Assembly: GCA_016176465.1 (NCBI GenBank)
Contig: JACOXD010000010.1
Span: 71,497 to 135,496 of the forward strand
From: Candidatus Daviesbacteria bacterium
GTDB taxonomy: Bacteria > Patescibacteriota > Microgenomatia > Daviesbacterales > UBA10151
Direction of reading: 5' to 3'
DNA length: 64,000 nt
The position numbers and the translations under genes are program-made. The notes beneath the pieces are model-generated. The model saw only the letters and a program-made list of their open reading frames with translations, did not search any database and had not been told where the DNA came from. Shown here piece after piece: positions 47,252 to 56,006 of this stretch. Position 1 is the first letter of the stretch. The number at the start of each line of letters is the position of its first letter.

Positions 47252-47854
47252 ATGTTAAAACCCTTTGCTTTAAGAGAACACTCCAAAATGCAGGAAGTTT
47301 TAATGGATCCAAATGCCACTGGGCCGGAGATCCACTATTACATGATTCGCGGTGGGTCTGATAAAACAAATGTCACAGTTTGGGAAACAGGGACTGTTGG
47401 TGGAGAGTACATTAAAACTTATGGACACTACCATGTTGGGGATTTGGATGAAACTTACTGGATAGTCCAAGGAGAAGGAATTGTGTTATTACAAACTAGA
47501 AAACAAGGAGCAAATAATCAGCTTATTGATGATGAGCTAGAAGCATTCTATGCAATCAAAGTAAAAGTTGGGGATAGTGTTTTTATTCCATCAGGTATGG
47601 GGCATCTGGTTGTAAACACTGGAAAAACTTGGCTTGTAACAATTGATGATAGCCCGGTCAATTTTGAAGAAGTAGATCCAGTCAGCTTACCCGGTCATGC
47701 TGATTATGAGGCAGTTAAAAAGATGAAGGGCTTTGGTTACTACGTTATTGAGGAAAGTGGAGAACCAAAAGCAGTTGCTAATACTAATTATAAAAATTTA
47801 CCGGAGGTTAAATGGTTAACTCCATCAGAGTTTAGCGAACTAACGGGGCATTAA
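47252..47854 (+). CDS. pgiA: Cupin-type (archaeal-type) glucose-6-phosphate isomerase.
   Basis: TYGHYHVGDLDETYWIVQGEG ... GHLVVNTG cupin metal-binding motifs. About 190 aa, as in the Pyrococcus and Thermococcus cPGIs. Confidence 0.65.
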   Translation: MLKPFALREHSKMQEVLMDPNATGPEIHYYMIRGGSDKTNVTVWETGTVGGEYIKTYGHYHVGDLDETYWIVQGEGIVLLQTRKQGANNQLIDDELEAFYAIKVKVGDSVFIPSGMGHLVVNTGKTWLVTIDDSPVNFEEVDPVSLPGHADYEAVKKMKGFGYYVIEESGEPKAVANTNYKNLPEVKWLTPSEFSELTGH

Positions 47855-48644
47855 TAGATCTATCAAGTGGTGTATTTTCTATATCAATTGTATTTCCACC
47901 AAATCTTTGCTGGATCCGATTGGCCTTATCTATTAATCCATTAATTTTAGAGAACTCATCTTTATTCTCCTGAATAAATTGGAAGGCATTAAACTCGCTA
48001 AAAATAAAAGATTGCCAAGAACTATTTGGGTGATACTTACTATTTAAGTAACTATCTTTTTCTTTTAAAGAACTTAATATGCTAATTGCCCAATAAAATT
48101 GTCTTCGATCCTCGGGATTAGATCCTTCGGCATTTTTATCTAGCTTATTTAGAATCTGCTGACTTTCATTAATGGATGGAATCCAGGCTTCATAAGCATC
48201 GGTAGATAAACTAGTTATGTAATAATAATCAATCTCATCATTAACAGTTGGTTTATATTTAGTAGCAATTAAGCCATCAATATTAAAAAGGTTTACAAAT
48301 AAAAGAATAATTAAAGTTGCTGCTACATTAGTTGAGAAAAACCACTTTTCTTTTATATCTTTTAGAATTCTAACAAGTAGTATAAAAAGTAAAACGCTTA
48401 GCCAAACTATAAAAATAAATCCAAAAATTCTAGCTCTGGTTAAACCATGAGTTGCCTGATACAAATTTAAACGTTGCAGTGCAGATAAAAGTAATAGGCC
48501 AATTTCTAAAACCAAAACTGATGAAGTAATTTGAACAATGAATTTTTGTGTTGATTGCAAATTCCTCAAAAATCTCAAAACAAAAATTATTACAATGGTG
48601 GCAATACTTGATGCAATAAGTAATTCAAAAAATCCTTTTCTCAC
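47832..48644 (-). CDS. Hypothetical membrane protein, possibly the C-terminal half of a larger split gene.
   Basis: Five or six TM helices followed by a soluble C-terminal region. Overlaps the upstream ORF by 4 bp. Confidence 0.35.
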   Translation of the reverse strand: MRKGFFELLIASSIATIVIIFVLRFLRNLQSTQKFIVQITSSVLVLEIGLLLLSALQRLNLYQATHGLTRARIFGFIFIVWLSVLLFILLVRILKDIKEKWFFSTNVAATLIILLFVNLFNIDGLIATKYKPTVNDEIDYYYITSLSTDAYEAWIPSINESQQILNKLDKNAEGSNPEDRRQFYWAISILSSLKEKDSYLNSKYHPNSSWQSFIFSEFNAFQFIQENKDEFSKINGLIDKANRIQQRFGGNTIDIENTPLDRSINAPLVR

Positions 48645-49426
48645 ATACTCTGAATAAGTGAGACTTTGTATTCCCAGCTGGTGTAATTCTCTTTCATCCA
48701 GGTTGCTAAAAGGGTGACGATGCTTGTTGTTACTACCAGTAATTCATAAAAGCGGCCTAAGGTTTTCTTATCTGGATTTAGTAATGATTGTTCAGTCTTT
48801 TTAAGTTGGGTTATACCGAGGGTAAATACTGCCGAAAAAACGATTAACGATATTATTAACCTTTCCCAAAAGTTGCCCAAAAAGTTTTCAGTTAATTTGG
48901 CAAAAACTGGATCTGCGCGCAAAAGAATTATGGCAAGTATTACTAAAATGGGAATAGCTATGCCAACACCTCTAATAACTGCTGTTGCTATTTCCTTATG
49001 ATTTTCTTTTTTAGAAATAGGAGGAGACTTAAAAAAATCAAATAAACTACTAAGTGAATCTCTTGCAATTAATAGGGGAGTCAGTAAAAATTGAGGAATT
49101 TGAAAATTAAATAGTTGCATATTTTTATAAAAATAAAGCGCCACAAAAGAAAAAAATATGGAAGTTAAAATATTAATGCTTGAAACTACCTCATTTGCCC
49201 GCAGACCTACTAAAAATGCAAATGTTATGGAAATTAAAGAAAAAACTATTCCAAGACTTAAGTATTTACTGCTTTTTTCCCGAGTTAAATAAAAATAGCT
49301 ATGTAGAAGAAAAATAAAAACCCCTGCTCCAATTCCAATTTGAACTTTGTAGAAAAGTAAGTTGTAAAGAAAAGTAAAAACTAATGCACCCGCAATGGCA
49401 AGCATCTTGCTTATACAGTATACCAA
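48641..49426 (-). CDS. Hypothetical membrane protein, possibly the N-terminal half of the same split gene.
   Basis: Six or seven TM helices. Confidence 0.35.
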   Translation of the reverse strand: MVYCISKMLAIAGALVFTFLYNLLFYKVQIGIGAGVFIFLLHSYFYLTREKSSKYLSLGIVFSLISITFAFLVGLRANEVVSSINILTSIFFSFVALYFYKNMQLFNFQIPQFLLTPLLIARDSLSSLFDFFKSPPISKKENHKEIATAVIRGVGIAIPILVILAIILLRADPVFAKLTENFLGNFWERLIISLIVFSAVFTLGITQLKKTEQSLLNPDKKTLGRFYELLVVTTSIVTLLATWMKENYTSWEYKVSLIQSM

Positions 49427-49443
49427 AAGAGGTCAAATTAGCC

Positions 49444-50775
49444 TTAGGTTCCCTCTTGCCAGGAGTTTAAATATTTTTGCTGCTCTTTTGTTAATTTATC
49501 TATCTCTATCCCTAAAGTATTTAATTTAATTAAGGCTATCTCTTTATCAAATTCATCGGGAAGTTGATGGACTCCGGGCTTTAGTTTACTCGCAGAGAAG
49601 CTTTGCTTACTCGCAGAGAAGCTTTGCTTACTCGCAGAGAAGCTTTGCTTACTCGCAGAGAAGCTTTGCTTATTTTTTGCTAAATATTCAGCAGCTAGCG
49701 CTTGATTGGCAAAACTCATATCCATTACATCAGGAGGATGCCCCTCAGCAGATATTAGATTAATCAATCTCCCCTCTCCTAAAACAAAAACTTTTTTGCC
49801 ACTACTTAATGTAACTTCTTCCAAATAATTCCTTAAAGTCCTTTTAGTTTTTGCCTCTTTAATTAAACCATTATAATCAAACTCAACATTAAAATGTCCG
49901 GCATTGGCCAAAATTACACCATTCTTTAATGAGTTAAAGTGGTTTTTAGAAATAACATGTTTATTACCAGTTGCGGTTACAATAATGTCAGCTAACTTTA
50001 TTGCATCTGCAATTCTCATAACCTCAAACCCATCCATTGCTGCCTCTAGCGCTCTAACTGGATTTACCTCAGCAATAATAACTTGTGCCCCCATTCCTTT
50101 AGCTCTTGCAGCCAATCCCCTGCCACACCAACCATACCCGCAGATTAAAAACTTTTTACCAGCCAGTAAAACATTGGTGGCCCTTAAAATCCCATCAATT
50201 GTTGATTGACCCGTTCCATATCTGTTATCAAACATATGTTTTGTTAATGAATCATTAACAGCAATCACCGGTAAATTTAGCGCTCCATCTTTTTCCATCG
50301 CTTTTAATCTAATAACTCCTGTTGTTGTTTCCTCCGATGAACCAATTACATACTTTAGTTGGTTTTTTCTCTCACTATGTAAAAGGGAAACTAAATCCGC
50401 TCCATCATCCATTGTAATTTGAGGGTTAAAATCTAAAACTTTGTTTAAGTGATTGTAGTAGGTTTTAGTATCTTCTCCTTTTATAGCAAATGTTGGAATG
50501 TCAAAATCTTTTACTAGGGAAGCGGCAACTTCATCTTGGGTTGATAATGGGTTAGATGCACAAAGTGCAACTTTAGCTCCCCCTATCTTTAAAGTAATTA
50601 CTAAGTTTGCAGTTTCTGCAGTAACGTGTAAGCATGCAGCTAAAGTAATATTTTTAAGTGGCTTTTCTTTTTTAAATCTTAACTTTATTTTCTCTAAAAC
50701 TTTCATCTGGGATCCGGCCCATTCGATTTTTAATTTTCCAGATGAAGCAAGTTTTAAATCTTTTACATCACTCAT
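49444..50775 (-). CDS. ahcY: Adenosylhomocysteinase (S-adenosyl-L-homocysteine hydrolase), with a 4x21-bp in-frame repeat insertion near the C-terminus.
   Basis: N-terminal substrate domain (CLHVTAETANL), NAD domain (GYGWCGRGLAARAKGMGA). The KQSFSAS x4 insertion sits before the C-terminal tail. Confidence 0.85.
   Translation of the reverse strand: MSDVKDLKLASSGKLKIEWAGSQMKVLEKIKLRFKKEKPLKNITLAACLHVTAETANLVITLKIGGAKVALCASNPLSTQDEVAASLVKDFDIPTFAIKGEDTKTYYNHLNKVLDFNPQITMDDGADLVSLLHSERKNQLKYVIGSSEETTTGVIRLKAMEKDGALNLPVIAVNDSLTKHMFDNRYGTGQSTIDGILRATNVLLAGKKFLICGYGWCGRGLAARAKGMGAQVIIAEVNPVRALEAAMDGFEVMRIADAIKLADIIVTATGNKHVISKNHFNSLKNGVILANAGHFNVEFDYNGLIKEAKTKRTLRNYLEEVTLSSGKKVFVLGEGRLINLISAEGHPPDVMDMSFANQALAAEYLAKNKQSFSASKQSFSASKQSFSASKQSFSASKLKPGVHQLPDEFDKEIALIKLNTLGIEIDKLTKEQQKYLNSWQEGT
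49588..49671 (-). repeat. Four tandem copies of the 21-bp minisatellite (sense AAGCAAAGCTTCTCTGCGAGT, KQSFSAS), in frame in ahcY.
   Basis: Read directly. One mismatch from the aldolase copy at 15436-15477. Confidence 0.75.
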
Positions 50776-50781
50776 AATAGT

Positions 50782-50912
50782 GTCATCCTGATCTTATTCC
50801 TTGTCATCCTGATCTTGCTACCTGTCATCCTGAGGGCAAAGCCCGAAGGATCTAGTTAAGAGATTCTTCACTACGTATCAGAATGACAACTCCTGCGTAT
50901 CAAGTGACAACT
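50782..50912. repeat. Cluster of family-A hairpin units between ahcY and the PfkB kinase (GTCATCCTGATCTT x2; GTCATCCTGAGGGCAAAGCCCGAAGGATCT; AGATTCTTCACTACGTATCAGAATGACA; GTGACAACTC).
   Basis: Read from sequence. Supplies the last roughly 12 codons (LSLDTQELSF) of the listed PfkB ORF. Confidence 0.6.
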
Positions 50913-51831
50913 CTTTTCCATAATTTTCCTTAAATCTTTTTTTAAATTCTTCTTTAGAAAATTGGTGATTTGTTGTACCATATTTTTCTATTGCAAAGCA
51001 AGCTGTTAGTGAACCCATTTGCCCGCAAATTTCTAAATCTAAATTATTTAAATACCCAGTTATAAATCCAGATCTGTAAGCATCCCCTGCCCCCGTTGGA
51101 TCAACTACTTCTTTTGGAACTGCTGGAGAAATTTTAAATTCCTTACTCCTTATTTTTATTATTGATCCTTGGGCTCCTAATGTAATAATTAATATTTCAA
51201 CAATTTTCAATAAATCGTCATCTGATAATTTTAGTCTGGATTTTATTAAACCAATTTCGTAATCATTACCAATTAAAATTTTTGCACTTTTAATACCCTT
51301 ATTTAATTCTTCGTTGCTAAATCTGGGAAGCTGCATTCCGGGATCAAACATGTAGGGAATGTTTAACTTTAGTGCTTGTTTTGCAAAATTAATCATTGCT
51401 TCCGTACTGGTTGGAGCAATAATTAAAAAGTCTGGTTTTGGATTTTCAATCTGTAGATCTTTATCGAAATTCATAGATCCTGGATAAAAACCTGTTATTT
51501 GGTTATCATTTTTATCTGTTGTAATAAATGCCATTGCACTCCCCTCGTTAGGGATTATTTTTATATTTGATGTATCCACCCCATTTTTTTCTAGAAAAAT
51601 TTTATAATCATCAAAATCATTACCAGCGCAAGATAAAATTCCAACCCTTTGTTTAAGTAAAGCTAGAGTATAAGCAATATTTCCAGCAGTCCCTCCTTTT
51701 TCTTTTTTTAAAGTATTAACTAGAAATGAAAGATTAAGAATGTGGATTTTCTTTGGATCAATATGGTCCGCAAAACTTCCCGGAAAATCCATAATATAAT
51801 CAAAAGCCAAAGAACCTGTTACTAAAATCAT
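50878..51831 (-). CDS. PfkB-family kinase, possibly adenosine kinase (it neighbours ahcY). The C-terminal roughly 12 codons are repeat-derived.
   Basis: MILVTGSLAFDYIMDF ... KGGTAGNIAY ... DPTGAGDAYRSGF (PfkB signature 2). Confidence 0.65.
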   Translation of the reverse strand: MILVTGSLAFDYIMDFPGSFADHIDPKKIHILNLSFLVNTLKKEKGGTAGNIAYTLALLKQRVGILSCAGNDFDDYKIFLEKNGVDTSNIKIIPNEGSAMAFITTDKNDNQITGFYPGSMNFDKDLQIENPKPDFLIIAPTSTEAMINFAKQALKLNIPYMFDPGMQLPRFSNEELNKGIKSAKILIGNDYEIGLIKSRLKLSDDDLLKIVEILIITLGAQGSIIKIRSKEFKISPAVPKEVVDPTGAGDAYRSGFITGYLNNLDLEICGQMGSLTACFAIEKYGTTNHQFSKEEFKKRFKENYGKELSLDTQELSF

Positions 51832-51844
51832 AATTTAAAGATTA

Positions 51845-52306
51845 TTGCATAAAAGTAAGCTTAATAGTATATTTTGCAATATGGTATATAGAATGGAGTG
51901 TGATGCGAATTTTGCGGGCCCAGCAAGGATAGAAAATGGAGCTAGGTTGTTTAATATGATTGTCTATCAAGATGATTTACCAGGAGGTATAGATTATACA
52001 AATTGGACTGTAGTTGAACATAATTCAAGAGGTAGAAGAGGGAAAATTATACGTACTGGAATTGAAGCAAAAAGCGATAGAGTAGTACTACACAGCCATG
52101 ATACAAAAGGTAAAGCGATAGAGCTTCTGCATGAAAGGTTTAGGGATGGATTAAGAATTATATATACTATAATGGGAACGGAATATTGGTGCAAAATTTT
52201 TCCAGTTGAACAATCACCCAGAGGACCATCAGAGGCAAAAAAGTTTATTGATAATTACGGTTGGCATATGCCTACTTATGGTTCTAGAAGATCTCCAAGA
52301 AGATAA
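51845..52306 (+). CDS. Hypothetical Arg-rich protein, GC-rich ORFan. The true start is probably an internal Met, because only 13 bp separate it from the divergent upstream gene.
   Basis: No family recognised. Confidence 0.3.
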   Translation: MHKSKLNSIFCNMVYRMECDANFAGPARIENGARLFNMIVYQDDLPGGIDYTNWTVVEHNSRGRRGKIIRTGIEAKSDRVVLHSHDTKGKAIELLHERFRDGLRIIYTIMGTEYWCKIFPVEQSPRGPSEAKKFIDNYGWHMPTYGSRRSPRR

Positions 52307-52309
52307 AAT

Positions 52310-53356
52310 TTAGGAAATTATAACTTTGTGATATAGCTTGACTAATCTATTTTCTCTTTCTAATTCTAGCTTTCTTCTTCTAAGTGTTACTTCCTCTCGG
52401 GATATATCATGATGAAATGTATCTCTCATACCTCTGGTAGCCAATACAACCCTGCTGATTATATCTGGAGTTATATTTACTGGTCTTCCTTCCCATGTAA
52501 AATGTAAATGCCCTCTTGGTAGTTGCACTCCTTTATCAGGGACCCTCCATAGTTCTTGCTCCGGCACTACTGGCTTGAACTGATCTCTATCTGAGGGGAT
52601 AAATGTTACTTCTAAAATCTCATTTCCTTGGATATCTACAACCTGGGTAAAGGGAATCTTTGGTTTTTGGGGGCGGGTAGGATGTTCTCTAACAATAGCT
52701 ACTACATCGCCGTTGGTTATAGAGACTGCTTTAAAATGTGCGGGAGTATAAGGTTGCCAAGTGGAGATTACTTGAGGATTTTCAGTGTGGGCATCTGCAA
52801 GATGTAATCTTGAAGCAAATAAAACATGCAAATCACCAATTGTGGCAAAAGAGGTTGTGGTATATGTAGCAATTGCTCTTAAAGGTCTTGCATAATTTTC
52901 AAAAAAAGAAGCTAAAAAGGGATCTTGGATATCGCTGATGGTCTTGTCTTGAGGCAAAAGGACACTTTTTTTAACTTGTCTTAAATCCACTTTGGCAGTT
53001 CTCCATAAAGAGTCAGGAGCCATATCTGCCCAATCTTGGTAAGTATCTGGATCACGATCAAGTATGTCCCCGACTCTTTCTTGAACAAACGCATTTCCTG
53101 ATATTCCTAATCCAAGAATCAAGCGATATGCTTGGTTTAATATTCTGGTCCTTATTAACCTTCTCTCAGGACTTCTCCCAGCCAAATCAGCTTTTAACCC
53201 TTCCTCAAGTAACTTATAGAAGAAGCGTCTTCTTCCTAAAGTTGCACGATTAGCTATTTTTCTATCCCTTGACTCAGCATGTTCAAAACCACTTAAATTG
53301 ACAGGTATATTTTCACCTAAGCCATCAAGTTCAAATAACCTATCTAATCTTGACAT
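52310..53356 (-). CDS. Hypothetical 348-aa protein, GC-rich (about 47%) ORFan adjacent to the tRNA locus.
   Basis: Arg-rich and low in Lys and Ile, unlike host proteins. Convergent with and abutting 51845-52306. No family recognised. Confidence 0.4.
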   Translation of the reverse strand: MSRLDRLFELDGLGENIPVNLSGFEHAESRDRKIANRATLGRRRFFYKLLEEGLKADLAGRSPERRLIRTRILNQAYRLILGLGISGNAFVQERVGDILDRDPDTYQDWADMAPDSLWRTAKVDLRQVKKSVLLPQDKTISDIQDPFLASFFENYARPLRAIATYTTTSFATIGDLHVLFASRLHLADAHTENPQVISTWQPYTPAHFKAVSITNGDVVAIVREHPTRPQKPKIPFTQVVDIQGNEILEVTFIPSDRDQFKPVVPEQELWRVPDKGVQLPRGHLHFTWEGRPVNITPDIISRVVLATRGMRDTFHHDISREEVTLRRRKLELERENRLVKLYHKVIIS

Positions 53357-53395
53357 GGGGAAGATTATAACATAATAAGGCCTATAATGTTAAAG

Positions 53396-53433
53396 GTACT
53401 GCCAGCGGGAGTTGAACCCGCGATTTCATGTCC
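53396..53433 (-). other. tRNA-like 3' fragment (T-arm GCGGGTTCAACTCCCGC, then a TGGCAGT acceptor 3' strand and a discriminator) without a matching 5' half.
   Basis: Read from sequence. No ACTGCCA 5' acceptor strand was found within 500 bp. A 10-bp stem (CGATTTCATG / CATGAAATCG) encloses the adjoining 52 nt. Confidence 0.3.
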
Positions 53434-53524
53434 CGACTATGTCGAGGATTCACGATCCCGGTTATACCGCGGATGCACGATTCAATCGGCATGAAATCGG
53501 AAGATGAAAACCAAGTGCCCCTAG

Positions 53525-53597
53525 TAGCTCCAACCGGATTCGAACCGGTGTTCTAGCGTTGAGAACGCTATGTCCTAGACCTCTAGACGATGGAGCC
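53525..53597 (-). tRNA. tRNA-Glu (anticodon CUC).
   Basis: Minus-strand GGCTCCATCGTCTAGAGGTCTAGGACATAGCGTTCTCAACGCTAGAACACCGGTTCGAATCCGGTTGGAGCTA. Cloverleaf: 7-bp acceptor, D-arm GTCTAGAGGTCTAGGAC as in bacterial tRNA-Glu, anticodon loop TTCTCAA, T-loop GGTTCGAATCC. No encoded CCA. Confidence 0.8.
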
Positions 53598-53834
53598 GTT
53601 TATTAAATTTTCAATTGCCGCCCTACTTTTAAGAGACTTTAGGTAATATTCTCTCTTTTTTGCTTCGGACCTTGTTTTGAAAGTCTCTTGGTAAATTATC
53701 TTGTAAGGTATTCTACTTTTTGTATATCTCGAATAACCTTTGTTATGTCTCGATATTCTTTTATCTAAATCATCAGTACTTCCAATATAGTAACTTCCAT
53801 CTTTTAGACTTTGTATTATATAGGTAGTAGACAC
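53583..53834 (-). CDS. Small GIY-YIG domain protein (UPF0213/YhbQ-like).
   Basis: YYIGSTDDLDKRISRHN GIY-YIG core. The 3' end of the ORF overlaps the tRNA-Glu 5' end by about 15 bp. Confidence 0.55.
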   Translation of the reverse strand: MSTTYIIQSLKDGSYYIGSTDDLDKRISRHNKGYSRYTKSRIPYKIIYQETFKTRSEAKKREYYLKSLKSRAAIENLINGSIV

Positions 53835-54013
53835 TGATTTCGGGCCACTAGTCCCGACAAATAAGATTTGTCGAGGATCCTCGATCCAAAAAGGATCGGG
53901 AACGATGGCGGCGCATGCTCAATTTTACCAAAAATACTCGATTTGCACTACGTGGTGAATATTGTTTTGCTTTAGCGTTGATCTGATAAATTGTTTACTC
54001 TATACTTTAAGCT

Positions 54014-55957
54014 ATGGCTTTGGAAAATTTACAAAAAGAACGCTTAAAAAAGTTAAAAAATATTAAAAATTTAGGGATAAATGCTTACCCTTCTTTGGTA
54101 AACAGAAAGCAGACAACAGCCCAGGCTGTTAAAATGCTCGGGAAAAATGTTGCTGTGGCAGGAAGGATTAGGTCTTTGCGTCCTCATGGCAAAATAACTT
54201 TTGCAGATTTGGAAGATGAGTCAGGAAAAATTCAGTTATTTTTCTCTTTAAATGAATTACCCGGGGATAAATATGATATTTTAGCTAATTTAGATATTGG
54301 AGATTTTTTATCTGCTGAGGGTGAAGTTTTTAAAACCCAAGCAGGGGAAGTTACAGTTAAAGTAAAAAGCTATTCACTTTTAACAAAATCTCTAAGACCT
54401 CTTCCCTCAAAGTTTTACGGACTCGCAGATATTGAGGAAAGATATAGACAAAGGTATGTAGATTTAATTATTAATCCTGATGTTAGAAAAACTCTTGATA
54501 TTAGACATAAAGCAATTAGATTTTTAAGAAACTTTATGGAGGAAAAAGGTTTTGTAGAGGTTGAAACTCCAACTCTGCAGCCTATTTATGGGGGTGCAAC
54601 AGCTAAACCATTTGTAACTTCTCATCACGCCTTGGATTCTAAATTTTATTTGCGTATCTCGGATGAACTTTATTTAAAACGTTTAATTGTTGGAGGATTT
54701 GAGAAGGTTTTTGAAATTTGTAAAGACTTTAGAAATGAAGGGATAGACAGACAACATAATCCTGAGTTTACTATGATGGAATTTTATTGGGCTTATGCAG
54801 AATACGGCGACTTAATGAAGTTAACTGAAGAAATGGTCTCCAAACTGGTAAAGGAAATTCATGGAAATTTTAAATTTAAGTTTGAAGAGAAAAAATTAGA
54901 TTTTAGTGCACCCTTTAAAAGGGTAAAGTTTGCAGATTTAGTTAAAGAGCACTCTGGTATAGATTTAAATGAAGTTGACAGCGAAGAAAAATTGCTTCAA
55001 GTAATAAAAGAAAAAGAGATTAAACTTGAATTACATAATGTAGTAGGGTATGGACCTTTGGTTGATGAGCTTTATAAAACAGTTGCTGGACCAAATATTA
55101 CTCAGCCCACCTTTATAACTGATTATCCTTATGAGATGTTACCTTTAGCGAAAGCTAAAGAAGAAGATCCAACACGCCCCTCCTCCGGAGGTAAAAAAGC
55201 AGCTAGCTTCCAACTTCTTTGTATGGGGTTTGAGTTAGTAAAAGCTTACAATGAGTTAAATGATCCAGCTGAGCAAAAGAAAAAATGGATTGATGAGATA
55301 AATCTTGGAAAAAAAGGCTTAGAAGAACACCAAGTTTTAGATGAGGATTATATTAGAGCACTGGAGTATGGTATGCCGCCAACAGCCGGGTGGGGAATGG
55401 GAGTAGATAGATTAGTTTCTCTTTTAACAAACCAGCATTCAATAAAAGATGTAATTTTATTCCCAACTCTAAAGCCTGAGAAAAAATTGAAAATCCCTTC
55501 TCTAAAGAGAGCTGACGAATCACGAGTAAAACAGGATTTCAGCAAAAAGATGGTTGTTGTTTTAAATAAATCCGTTAAATCTTGGGAAGCTATGAATACA
55601 GTGGGACATATTAGTGCTTTCTTGGGTAATAAAATGCGAGAGAGTTTTGATACTGGAGATTATTTCAAAACCAAGGATGGGAAAAAGCACCCAAGAAATT
55701 CCCAGTACCCAGTCGTTACACTAGTTGCAAGTAAGAAGGATCTTAAGAAATTAATTAATGAATTAAGAGATACAGATTTAATTTACATAGGTTATGTTCC
55801 AGAAATGGTGGAATTCACAGATGATCAAAAATTAGAAAAAGCTATTAGTAGTATGGAAGATGAGAAAGATGAGAAAATAGAATATTTAGGAGTTGGAATA
55901 TTTGGAGAAAATGAGAAAATGAAAGAACTGACAAAACAATTTAGTTTATGGAAGTAA
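54014..55957 (+). CDS. lysS: Lysyl-tRNA synthetase (class II) with a roughly 150-aa C-terminal extension.
   Basis: OB anticodon-binding N-domain. Class II motifs: motif 1 ...FVEVETP, motif 2 FRNEGIDRQHNPEFTMMEFY, motif 3 GMGVDRLV. Residues about 500-647 are extra and contain KKMVVVLNKSVKSWEAMNTVGHISAFLG. Confidence 0.85.
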   Translation: MALENLQKERLKKLKNIKNLGINAYPSLVNRKQTTAQAVKMLGKNVAVAGRIRSLRPHGKITFADLEDESGKIQLFFSLNELPGDKYDILANLDIGDFLSAEGEVFKTQAGEVTVKVKSYSLLTKSLRPLPSKFYGLADIEERYRQRYVDLIINPDVRKTLDIRHKAIRFLRNFMEEKGFVEVETPTLQPIYGGATAKPFVTSHHALDSKFYLRISDELYLKRLIVGGFEKVFEICKDFRNEGIDRQHNPEFTMMEFYWAYAEYGDLMKLTEEMVSKLVKEIHGNFKFKFEEKKLDFSAPFKRVKFADLVKEHSGIDLNEVDSEEKLLQVIKEKEIKLELHNVVGYGPLVDELYKTVAGPNITQPTFITDYPYEMLPLAKAKEEDPTRPSSGGKKAASFQLLCMGFELVKAYNELNDPAEQKKKWIDEINLGKKGLEEHQVLDEDYIRALEYGMPPTAGWGMGVDRLVSLLTNQHSIKDVILFPTLKPEKKLKIPSLKRADESRVKQDFSKKMVVVLNKSVKSWEAMNTVGHISAFLGNKMRESFDTGDYFKTKDGKKHPRNSQYPVVTLVASKKDLKKLINELRDTDLIYIGYVPEMVEFTDDQKLEKAISSMEDEKDEKIEYLGVGIFGENEKMKELTKQFSLWK

Positions 55958-56006
55958 CTAGTATGATAGTCTAGTCTATCATACTAAGATACTAAAATAT
56001 TAAATT

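Noticed and set aside
49588-49671. Possible CRISPR array, considered because of regularly spaced 21-bp repeats here and at 15436 and 26304
   Set aside because: The repeats are directly tandem with no spacers, are in frame within protein-coding genes, and no cas genes are present. It is a minisatellite, not CRISPR.
53396-53500. A second complete tRNA next to tRNA-Glu
   Set aside because: Only a T-arm plus an acceptor 3' strand could be identified. No complementary 5' acceptor strand (ACTGCCA) occurs within 500 bp, so it is called a fragment or att remnant and not a gene.
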